A stretch of 64,000 nt of DNA from an uncultured delta proteobacterium (GTDB lineage: Bacteria > Desulfobacterota > Desulfobaccia > Desulfobaccales > 0-14-0-80-60-11), in assembly GCA_963709285.1 (NCBI GenBank), contig CAVPVR010000009.1, positions 272,333 through 336,332 of the forward strand, read 5' to 3'. Below the pieces are notes generated by a model that was not told where the DNA came from, did no database searches, and worked only from the letters and a program-made list of their open reading frames with translations. This document shows positions 1 through 9,114 of the stretch, one piece after another; position 1 is the first letter of the stretch, and each line of letters opens with the position of its first letter. Both the position numbers and the translations under genes were made by a program.

Positions 1-148
1 AATACCCGATGCGGATTTGGTCTTTTTCTGGGGAAAAACTTTGGGCTTCGGTCGCCACTGTGGCAAAGACCGGAAAAATTATCAGAAAGCTCATGAACAC
101 CGAGGGTAAAAATCGATTAATTTTCGTCATCGGGTTTCTTCGCCTCAT
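1..148 (-). CDS. PhnD/SsuA-like periplasmic binding protein paralog, N-terminal part only (runs off the window)
   Basis: Not in the ORF track. Manual translation gives MRRRNPMTKINRFLPSVFMSFLIIFPVFATVATEAQSFSPEKDQIRIGY: a signal peptide followed by IRIGY, matching SISIGY/LNAGY/FRGGY of the neighbouring paralogs. It starts 6 nt after the stop of the upstream paralog. Confidence 0.65.
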   Translation of the reverse strand, partial: MRRRNPMTKINRFLPSVFMSFLIIFPVFATVATEAQSFSPEKDQIRIGY

Positions 149-154
149 AAGCTT

Positions 155-1090
155 TCATCGTTTTTGGGATATTTTGGGGGCTAGTTTTAAGGAATCATAA
201 AATGGTTCCACGGACCGTAAATATGCTGGCTTGAACTTGACTAACTTGTCGTATTTCAACAGGGTGAGAATTTGTCTCCCCTGGGGATGGGTGTGGAGCT
301 CAGCCAAGCTTTTCGAGACTGACCGCTTGAGTTTGTCACTGTATTCTTGGCGAAAGGCGAGAATCCCCCGCAGAATCGGGGGGGATTGGGCGATAACCAC
401 GAGGTCTTTGCCGATTTGCGGATTGAGCTCGACCACCGTCTGAAAAACGCGGCGCATCACCAGGCAGGCATCCTTCTTTTTGAAAAACACCGGCAGGATG
501 GCCTGGGAGGGTTTCTCCACTGATTTGGCGGTCTGAAATAACCGCTGGTACGGAGGCAATCCTTGTTCCCTCAGCAGGCTGTTGAGCCATAATATGTGAG
601 TGGCTAGAGGAGTTATTTCTTGATGAATGAGTATGTTGCGGTTCTTGAGTTGTTTAACCCTGGAGATACCGGCATCCCGATGCACCAACAGGAGATATTC
701 ATCCCCTATGAGATTATGATAGGAGGGCACAAAAACCGGCTCCAGAGACACCAGATCTTTGATCTTGAGATAATACGAAGACGACAGAATGACCAGGTCC
801 AATTCCTTTTGTTGGAGAGCCTGAGTTATGCCCAATTCGTCAGGATAAATGGTTACCTTGGTAGCCAAGGGAGTTTCCCCGTCATTAGACACTTGTCTTG
901 TCCATATTTCCAAAGCGGCCTGGGCGTCCTTGATATCCACGTCAGTGAAGGCTACCCGCGGGTAACCGGCGTTCAGGGTGGCTGGGGGCGAGGAGGGCTC
1001 CGCGTGCCCAGGCCCTACCGCCAGGCCCATCAAGCAAAGTGCTGCCACAACTGCCAGCAGATACCAAGGTATGCGGCTCGGAAAACTCAT
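155..1090 (-). CDS. PhnD/SsuA/transferrin-family periplasmic substrate-binding protein (paralog 1)
   Basis: Signal peptide from the ATG at 1090. Motifs [31 protein letters not shown] and GRQILTL are shared with three other copies in the window. Confidence 0.8.
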   Translation of the reverse strand: [311 protein letters not shown]

Positions 1091-1306
1091 GGGGTTAATA
1101 TCCCAGCACAACTCCCCAAGTAGGCTAACTGTTACATTTCCTTCTCTCTGAAGTTCCATGGAAAAGAACTTCAACCTTGCTCAGGAAAATAGATAAATTG
1201 CCATCATGATTGATGATGATATGCATTTTGTAGAGAAAGTATAAACACCATAGATTTTAAATCATCAGACCCCTCTCAAGATATTGACCAATTGTTTGAA
1301 TAAAGT

Positions 1307-2221
1307 TTATTTTTTACACGTTCTATAGAAAAGGGACGCAATGGAATTTAAGTAATTTGACTTGAAACTGACTAACTTATCGTATTTTAATAACGTCAGA
1401 ATTTGACGCCCCTGGGTATTAGTGTGCATTTCTTCAAGTTTTTTTATGGCAAACTTTTTCAATCTATCACTGACGTCCTTGCGAAAAGCAATAACCCCCC
1501 GTAAAAGGGGGGGAGAGGTAACGAGTGTAACAAGCTCTTTCCCTATCTGGGGATTGAGTTCGGCAGCCGTCTCAAAGGAACGTCGTTTCACCAGGCAAGC
1601 GTCGGCCTGCTTGAACAACACCGGGAGTATGGCCTGTGATGGCTTATCAGTCAGTTTTGGATGCGAAAAGAAGCGGTCCCACGTGGGCAAGCCCTCGTCA
1701 TGGAGTACACAATTAATCCATAATATTTGGGGTGATTCACTGCTTACTTTTTCATGAATCATGATTTTGCGGTTTTTTAATTGTTTGAGTGCAGTAACTT
1801 TGGTATCTCGATGAACGAGTAATAAATACTCATCGCCTACATGGTTGAAATAAGCTGGCACAAAAGTAGGCTCTATAGGAACTAAATCTTTAATTTTCAG
1901 ATAAATTGGCGAGCTAAGGATAACAAAATCCAGTTGCTTATTTTTAAAGGCATTGACTATTGCTGATTCGTCAAAATAAATGTTCACCTTGGCCGATAAT
2001 GGAAAGTCAGCAGTCTGAACTACTTGTTTCAACCAAATCTCCAGGGCCGCCTGGGCATCCTTTGCATCCACGTCGGTAAAGGCAATACGTGGGTAGCCCC
2101 CCCTGAAGGTTTCACCCTGTGGTGACACTGCCGCCTGGGCCGGTGGAGCGGACCGGCCAATCACACTCATGATGGCCGCCATCAGGAGGATAGCGGACAA
2201 GATGTGGCGGAGGACTCCCAT
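1307..2221 (-). CDS. PhnD-like periplasmic substrate-binding protein (paralog 2)
   Basis: Start reassigned to MGVLRH (2221). Signal peptide and the same motif set as paralog 1. Confidence 0.8.
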   Translation of the reverse strand: [304 protein letters not shown]

Positions 2222-2258
2222 AGTAAGGAAACCTTGTGGGCTACCCGCGCAATTCCAT

Positions 2259-3791
2259 TCAACTGCCCTGGTTTTTTTCCAGAAACTTGATGACCTCCTG
2301 ACCAACCACAAAGTTGAGGTGCGCCTTGGTTTCAAGGTGATCATACAGCACCTTCTGGTGTTGGGCCTGCATGAAGGACTCCATGATTTGGGCCTCCAAG
2401 ACATCCTTGGTTTCCACCATCTCGGCCTGGTAAGCCCGTTCGTTCAAATCCCGGTTTTCGGTGGCGGATTCCATGGCCTCTTTCGAAGCTTTGTATTGGT
2501 CCTGGGTCCTGTTCAACTTGTGAAAAATGTCCTTGACCTGTAACGCGATGCCCTCCCGGAGGAGGATTTGCTCCGCCTCCATCTTGTTGAAATTGGCCCG
2601 GGCCTCCTTGAGCTTGTTCTGGGTCAAGTACCCCTGGAAGAGGGGCAACTCAAACATGAGGCCCACACAATAGTTGTCCTTGTTCCGCGGCGTGACGATA
2701 CCTTGGTCGTAGCGGTTTTCAATGTGATTTAGGGTTCCGGTCAGCAAGATCTTGGGAAAAAAGCCGCTCCTGGCTTCCATGATCTTGGCCTGGGACGCCT
2801 TCAAGCCGGCTTTGAGTTTGGCCCAGTCGGGATTAAACCGGTAGGCCTGGCCGATCAACTCGGCCAGATTGGCCCGGTAAGGCTGATAAGGCAGGTCCGA
2901 CTCCGTGACTTCAATCTTGGTGTCCCAGTCCAGCCCCATGGTATTGAGCAGCGCCGCCCGAGCCATTTGCTCATTGTTCTTCAGAGACGCCACTAAGGTG
3001 CGGATACCGTCCACCGTAGACTTGTTGCGCAGGTAATCGGTTTTTTTCACCCGGCCGGACCCTTTTCTGTAGAGGTTCTCCGTGAGCTCCAGCGTGACTG
3101 CCAATCTAGCCAGGGCATCACGGCCAATCTGGTGCAGTTGTTGGGCCAGCAACACCCCGTAGTACATGCGGTGCACGTCGTACATCACCTGCAAATCCGT
3201 GCGCCTGACCTCCTCTTGAGCCACCTTCATCCCATTTTTGGCTTGCTTCACCTTGGCCAGGCGCAATCCCCCGGTGAACAGGGGATAGTTCACATTCAGG
3301 GAGGTGATGAAATTACGTTTATCCATCAGTTTGATGTCCTGCTCGGGCACTTGAACGCTGCCGGCAGGGGTCTGCAAGGGAATGGCAGCTGGCGGAAACC
3401 CAGGCCCGAAGGCATTGGCGGGGATGGTGATGGTTTGCGACGGCACCGGGATGGATTTGGCCGGGAAAATAAAGTTCGGGTCGTCATCCAAGGTGGTATA
3501 GGAGCCCCGAAAAGAGATCTGAGGCCAAAACGCCGACAAGGCCTGCTGGTGTTGGGCCTCGGCCGCGGCCAGGGCAAATTGGGAGGCAGGACGACGCTGG
3601 TTGTTCTTCAGGGCGATATCGACACATTTTTTCAGGGTTATTTTTTGTATTTCCTGGGAGGTTTTTTCCTGGGAACCCTGAGAAGGAGGAGGACTGGAGC
3701 TCTCCTCCGCAGAAACCGCTGCTGGAAAAACCATTCCACCGAAAAAGAACGTGATCATGATCATCAAGATTAGGAACCTTATCCTGTGCAT
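2259..3791 (-). CDS. TolC-family outer membrane efflux protein
   Basis: GGAGG RBS before ATG 3791, signal peptide, ITLKKCVDIALKNN, two repeats ending YPLFTGG and LPLFQGY, long helical segments. Confidence 0.88.
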   Translation of the reverse strand: MHRIRFLILMIMITFFFGGMVFPAAVSAEESSSPPPSQGSQEKTSQEIQKITLKKCVDIALKNNQRRPASQFALAAAEAQHQQALSAFWPQISFRGSYTTLDDDPNFIFPAKSIPVPSQTITIPANAFGPGFPPAAIPLQTPAGSVQVPEQDIKLMDKRNFITSLNVNYPLFTGGLRLAKVKQAKNGMKVAQEEVRRTDLQVMYDVHRMYYGVLLAQQLHQIGRDALARLAVTLELTENLYRKGSGRVKKTDYLRNKSTVDGIRTLVASLKNNEQMARAALLNTMGLDWDTKIEVTESDLPYQPYRANLAELIGQAYRFNPDWAKLKAGLKASQAKIMEARSGFFPKILLTGTLNHIENRYDQGIVTPRNKDNYCVGLMFELPLFQGYLTQNKLKEARANFNKMEAEQILLREGIALQVKDIFHKLNRTQDQYKASKEAMESATENRDLNERAYQAEMVETKDVLEAQIMESFMQAQHQKVLYDHLETKAHLNFVVGQEVIKFLEKNQGS

Positions 3792-4079
3792 TGCCGACCT
3801 CCCAGGCAAAAGAGAATTTTGTATTCTTCCAAAGAATCGGCATAAACCCCAAAATGTTTAGGACAAATCCGGAAAAATTATGAGTTCCTGGGTGCTTATG
3901 GGTAGTAGAGTTGGTTCCGAGCCAGGGAAAGGTGCTCCCTAGAGGGGGCCCAGTCCTCACGGAAGACCCGGTAGCATTTGAGAGAAACGGTCTGCAAGGC
4001 CTTCAAGAAAACCATGGAGCAGCTTCGGACCCCCTTTGGCAAGGTTGATTTTTTCCTATAATTTTTTCTGCGCCTTATA

Positions 4080-4987
4080 CTAATGGTCCTTTAACAACCT
4101 GATTAAATTATCAAAATAGTTTTTCGGCAACCGCACCACTTGTTCAGTTTTAAACAAGGTCAGAATTTGTCGTCCCCGGGGATAGGTATGGAGGTTGAGG
4201 GCGGAGGCAATAATTCTCCGTTTGGCCTCAGCCTTGATATCTTCACGGAAAGCCGTCAGTCCCCGGGGAAATGGCGGAGAAGCGACCAGGATAGCGAGAT
4301 CAGTGACAATCTGAGGGTTAAGTTCCGCCATGGTTTCGTAGGCTGAACGGGGCACCAGAGCAGCCTCAGCTTGTTGAAAAAAACCGGTAAGATGGCCTGG
4401 GAGGCTTTGGGCACTTGTTTCAAGGTCTTAAAAAAGAGAGTGGTTTTGGGCAGGCCATGTTTTTTCATTTCGCTGTCCAGCCACAAGAGATTTACATCAC
4501 TGGCGCCATACTCGGAGGTGATGACAAGCCGTTTATTTTTTAACTGGGGTAAAACTGTGATGCCTTTTTGGCGATGGACCAGCAGGAGGTACTCCACGTA
4601 AACTTCACCGGATATAGTTCCCGTTAACACCGGTTCAATATTTGTTTTATCCTTGATTTTCAGAAAATCCAGGGGAGGTAAAGAAATTATGGTTATCTCT
4701 TTACTATTTATTGCTTTAGTGATGGAGTCAATATCGGAAAAGATTATACTTTTATTTATTTCTAAATTAAATGATTTAAATATTTCGTCAGCATATATTT
4801 TTATGGCTACCTGAGCATCATTTAAATCTACTTCGTTATACAATGATTTTGCATAACCTATTGATATAGAATCAGAACGATTGTTATATTTATTTTGTCC
4901 TCCCAATAGAGGACTTAAATTTATTAACTGAAAGATGATGTTGATCATAATAAAGAAATATATTTTCTTGTAAGGTGCAGTTGTCAT
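4080..4987 (-). CDS. PhnD-like periplasmic binding protein (paralog 3), split by a 1-bp deletion in a T7 tract
   Basis: ORFs 4256-4987 and 4080-4355 join as [27 protein letters not shown] if the A7 run at 4377-4383 is A8. Confidence 0.75.
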
Positions 4988-5326
4988 CAGACAACCTCCT
5001 CCAAAGCGCTGGCTCTCTCCTTCTTTTCTTGACTCCGAGAACCAACCAGAATAACGAATAACTTTTCATATAATCGGGCACATCTAAAAAAACTTGAGAC
5101 ACTCCGAAGCCTCATAATTAGGGCAATGGGGTGGGGAATTCTGAGAAAAACTCCGAGAGGGATCTGCAGGATGAAGTGTTGCTAGATTTTACCGTTGATT
5201 TATCTAACCCCAGGAGATCTGAAAGACCCCCCAAGTCTCAAGAAAGGAAACGGAATGCCGATGGAAAAGGTAGGCAAGAAGGAGAGGTACTCCCTCGCTC
5301 TCATGGAGCGGCGGTGGGATTGAATT

Positions 5327-6361
5327 ATGGAATCTAATAAACTCCGGGCGCAGCTTTTTTCCCAGAAAATACGCCTCATCTCGGGAGATGCAAGGATAGG
5401 AGACCAGGAGTTTTATCCCATCTCCATGAGGGCGTTGCTGCCAGGAAGATTGACTTTCACCTTATATATAAAAACTATCGAAGGGAGGGCTCTTAAGGTC
5501 AAATATCTTCCCTATTGTGAAGAGGAGGAGATGTTTCAGGAGATTTGGCTGACAAGATTACAGGAAAGAGGAATTACCCAACTCTATTTTCGACATGAGG
5601 ACCTGGAGAAAGTAATAGCTCATTTTAATAACATCTTGCTGCTCTTGGAGAATGAACCGCCCGAAGGTGCTCGGAAGAAGATGATGGTTTTCTGCGAGCA
5701 TTTAAATCTTAACATCCGGCGAGCCATGGTGTTTCCCGTGTCAGATCCTCACTTGAAGCAAGCTAATTGGCATGTGGACTGGCTCATCAATCAATTAGGA
5801 AAAGGTTTGTTACCTTACCACAACTTGTGGGAAACGCTCTTTAATGATTACAGCATATATAACCACGCCATAAATGTTTTTTTGGTTTCTACAGCATTCA
5901 TGGTTTTTCTCGGGAAAAAATATGCAGGCTGTCGGGCCTTAGCGATTGCCGCGCTTTTTCATGACATTGGCTTAGTCAAGATCCCTTCTGACATTCTCTA
6001 TAAGACGAGTCCCCTGACGCCCGAGGAATGCCGAGAGGTCCAGAAACATCCAGAAATTGCTGTTGATATGCTTCAGGAGTGTTCTGAGATATCACCCGAA
6101 TCTTTGCGCCTTATTTGGGAGCATCATGAAAATGCCGACGGTTCCGGTTATCCCCAAGGACTGGGAATTAGTGAACAGCATGAATTCACCCCTCTTTTGC
6201 GTCTCATAGATGCTTATGATGCCTTAATTTGTCAAAGACCTTATCGCCCCGCGCAGAGTCCTTTCCAAGCTTTGAAAATCCTCCAGCAGCAATGGGGACC
6301 GCATGGCCCCGTACTTAATCGTCAATTATTAAAAAAGTTTATAGAGTTTATGGCATTGTGA
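5327..6361 (+). CDS. HD-GYP domain protein (putative c-di-GMP phosphodiesterase)
   Basis: HDIG, KHP, HHENADGSGYPQGL and DAYDAL..RPYR motifs. Confidence 0.9.
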   Translation: MESNKLRAQLFSQKIRLISGDARIGDQEFYPISMRALLPGRLTFTLYIKTIEGRALKVKYLPYCEEEEMFQEIWLTRLQERGITQLYFRHEDLEKVIAHFNNILLLLENEPPEGARKKMMVFCEHLNLNIRRAMVFPVSDPHLKQANWHVDWLINQLGKGLLPYHNLWETLFNDYSIYNHAINVFLVSTAFMVFLGKKYAGCRALAIAALFHDIGLVKIPSDILYKTSPLTPEECREVQKHPEIAVDMLQECSEISPESLRLIWEHHENADGSGYPQGLGISEQHEFTPLLRLIDAYDALICQRPYRPAQSPFQALKILQQQWGPHGPVLNRQLLKKFIEFMAL

Positions 6362-6530
6362 GAACGTTACTTTAGCTTGTCTGGGGTCCCCTCAAAAAGA
6401 TTAAGTTTTGGAGAATCATGACGATTAAGAAAGATAGCCCGGCCTACCGGGAATTTCTCTAAATAATTCTCCATAATCTTGGGGTGATTGCTGCTGCGTG
6501 CTTAACCTAAACTGATCGGCAAGAAGGTCG

Positions 6531-7463
6531 ATGAAAGCTTATGTCCGTATCACTATTCTAGTAATTTTTATCTTTAATATTTTTGTTGTTGCACCTTTTG
6601 CGAGGTGTGAACAAGACCAGATCGAAAATATAACGTACGGTATGTTGGGAACTTTATTCAACAACATAAATCTCAAAGATGCTCAAGTAGCTATGGAAGT
6701 GTGGGTAAACGAATTAAGTAAAGTTGCAAGGATATCAGCAAAATCATCAAAGACCATCGTTTTTTCTGAACTGCCTGATTTAATAAACGCAGTAAGAAAC
6801 AAGCAAGTCGACCTGGTAGGGATACCTTCCCTGCATTTTTTGCAAATAAAGGATAAGATTCCTTTAGAGCCTGCTCTGGCCTATTCAATTAACGATCACG
6901 TCGGTACCGAATATGTTTTAATAGTTCCCAAGGACAAGGAATACCACGGGTTGAGCGGCTTGAAAAACAAGAAAATCCTTATCCATAAACACGATGACGC
7001 AGGCCTCATCCCTGTTTTGTGGCTGAATTCCCTCCTGCGCCAACAAGGTCTTCCTCCTGCTGACCGTTTTTGTGCAAGTATCAAGAAGGTGGATCTACCC
7101 TCCCAAGCTGTTTTACCCGTATTTTTCCAGCAGGCGGACTGCTGTGTAGTTAGCAGTGATGGTTTTGAGATAGTAAAAGAATTAAATCCACAATTAGGGG
7201 AAAAGCTGGTGATCGTGGACAGATCGCCCTTCCTGTTGGTAGGCTTATTGGCCTATCGCCGGGATCTTCCGGCGAACCTTAAAAAAGAAATAAAGGAAGT
7301 TGCCGTCAACCTGGCATCATATCCTAGGGGGAAACAAATCCTCACCCTTTTTAAAATCGGGGCCTTCCGTCCTTTCCAATCTTCAGATTTTGATCCTTTG
7401 CTGGAGTTGATTAAAGATAATAAGCCATTACTGTCCGTGAGTAAGAGCAAAAGCCGTCATTAA
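6531..7463 (+). CDS. PhnD-like periplasmic substrate-binding protein (paralog 4)
   Basis: Signal peptide; [44 protein letters not shown]. Confidence 0.8.
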   Translation: [310 protein letters not shown]

Positions 7464-7473
7464 GTCATTCCCT

Positions 7474-7620
7474 GTCTGCTTCTCTGTGCGTTCCTCTCGT
7501 CAAGCCTTTTAGACCATCCTTGTTAAAAGCCTTTGAGGATATGAGATTGGCTTTAGCCCTCTCGGTTGGTTGGTTCTTGGCTTCGAGGGTGGCAAACACC
7601 GTTATAGTTCTCTCCGTATT
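7474..7620. repeat. Diverged ~140-bp repeat, copy 1 (copy 2 at 13268-13403)
   Basis: Shared blocks TCTGCTTCT, GTCAAGCCTTT, TTAAAAGC, TCGGTTGGTTGGTTC, GGTGG..AACACC, TCCGT. Confidence 0.75.
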
Positions 7621-7654
7621 GTTTTAAGTAAAATCTCCAGCGTTGTTAATTTTT

Positions 7655-7683
7655 TTGACAGTGTTCGGCATTTAGGTTATTAT
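7655..7683 (+). promoter_or_regulatory. sigma70 promoter of the cold-shock gene
   Basis: TTGACA-N17-TATTAT. Confidence 0.75.
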
Positions 7684-7855
7684 AATTTTTGGCAGCATGT
7701 CAGACTGAAAAGTAGGCAAGCAAATCGCTGGCCTTGAACAGATCGGAAGGGGATGCTGAATCCCTTGCCGATTTTTTTTTGCCTGACGGTGCTCGCGGTC
7801 CTGCTCTTTAAGCAGGATAACATTTGCTTCACCATTTTAGGAGGTTTACCGTTAC

Positions 7856-8059
7856 ATGAAGGAAACAGGCAGAGTTAAATGGTTTAATGACGCGAAGGGC
7901 TATGGGTTTATTACCCGAGAGAGCGGCCCGGATGTTTTTGTACATCACAGCGCCATCCAGGGCGAGGGCTTCAAGTCCCTGGCGGAAGAACAGGAAGTGG
8001 AGTTCGAGGTAACCCAAGGTCAGAAAGGCCTCCAGGCCCAGAACGTCTTCAAACTGTAA
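7856..8059 (+). CDS. cspA: Cold-shock protein (CspA family)
   Basis: [12 protein letters not shown] and DVFVHHSAI motifs; AGGAGG RBS. Confidence 0.97.
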   Translation: MKETGRVKWFNDAKGYGFITRESGPDVFVHHSAIQGEGFKSLAEEQEVEFEVTQGQKGLQAQNVFKL

Positions 8060-8076
8060 GCCACTGGCGTTTAGCC

Positions 8077-8113
8077 GGCAGACCCCGCAGTGTTAAAGCT
8101 GCGGGGTTCTGCC
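8077..8113 (+). terminator. Hairpin / probable terminator after cspA
   Basis: GGCAGACCCCGCAG-loop-CTGCGGGGTTCTGCC; weak U-tail. Confidence 0.55.
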
Positions 8114-8276
8114 GTCTTGAATTATCTGGAGGAGACCTCAGCCCGGAAGGAGAAGTAAGAGAAAAAAATGAGTCGCCAAGAGGGGAAAACCTCGACACCG
8201 TCGGCGGCCAAGATGCCAGAGGTGGGCAAGAAAGAGAATTTAAGTCTCAGGGGAACAGCATCTATCAGAAGAAGCC

Positions 8277-8603
8277 ATGCCAAAGGCCTCACGACAAGAC
8301 CGGCCCGGAGAAATTATTAGTAAAAGATTATCCGTGGCAAACCTTCCCCACGAGATGAGCGCAACACAGTTGCAGACCCTTTTTTCCGAGGCCGGCCATG
8401 TGGCCTCAGCTAGGATTCTCCCCTATCTGCACAACGGGCAGCCCTGTGGTTTCGGCTTTGTGGAGATGAAAACCTTAGCAGAGACCCGGAAAGCTCTTTC
8501 TATTTTCAATGGCCGGACTATAAATGGGCGACTTTTAGCGGTTAGGGAAGATAGGCCGCAGTCAAAATGCGTCTTTGGCAGCCGTAGTCGTAATAGACGA
8601 TGA
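8277..8603 (+). CDS. RRM-domain RNA-binding protein
   Basis: RNP2-like LSVANLP, RNP1 CGFGFVEM, NGRTINGRLLAV. Confidence 0.88.
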   Translation: MPKASRQDRPGEIISKRLSVANLPHEMSATQLQTLFSEAGHVASARILPYLHNGQPCGFGFVEMKTLAETRKALSIFNGRTINGRLLAVREDRPQSKCVFGSRSRNRR

Positions 8604-8662
8604 GTACCTTGAGTACCTTGCGGAGAATCCCGCTAAAGACCAGGCCGCAGAGGAGACCGTAA

Positions 8663-9004
8663 ATGAAACGGAAAGACGTCAAGGTGATATTCTCTGAATT
8701 TGACGGTTATTGCGAGACCCTGGATAGAAACGGCTGTATTAGCTATCCGGTCACCATTACCTGGACCAGTGAAGAGTGCCATGACGATAAGCCGGTGGTG
8801 GTAATTTTGGGGGAGTCCCGCCCTGCTGGTGATCTGCCTCCCGGTGAATTACAGGTGCCCTTCGAGATTGTGGAAGAGGTGAGGCAAGCTGGTTATGACG
8901 CGCAGGCTCTCAACGTTGGGGAGATCAAGGATTATTGGCGAGAGGCAAGACGGTTGAGCGTCAAAAACCATTGGCATCCTGAGGCCAGGCTAGTGCAATA
9001 TTAG
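8663..9004 (+). CDS. Hypothetical protein
   Basis: GAGGAG RBS, 113-aa ORF, no recognisable motif. Confidence 0.6.
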   Translation: MKRKDVKVIFSEFDGYCETLDRNGCISYPVTITWTSEECHDDKPVVVILGESRPAGDLPPGELQVPFEIVEEVRQAGYDAQALNVGEIKDYWREARRLSVKNHWHPEARLVQY

Positions 9005-9114
9005 GCTGATCAGCCCACCATTATCAAACCCGGTACCAGCAGGGTCTATAAACTTACCTGCATCGACCTGGAAAATAGAAAAAATCAGCATGACCATCAC
9101 AGTGGAGAGAATAG

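Noticed and set aside
7541-7627. 28-aa hydrophobic sORF as a type I toxin
   Set aside because: The RBS is only 1 nt from the ATG, the second copy has a stop, and the synonymous changes favour the opposite strand as the ancestral coding frame.
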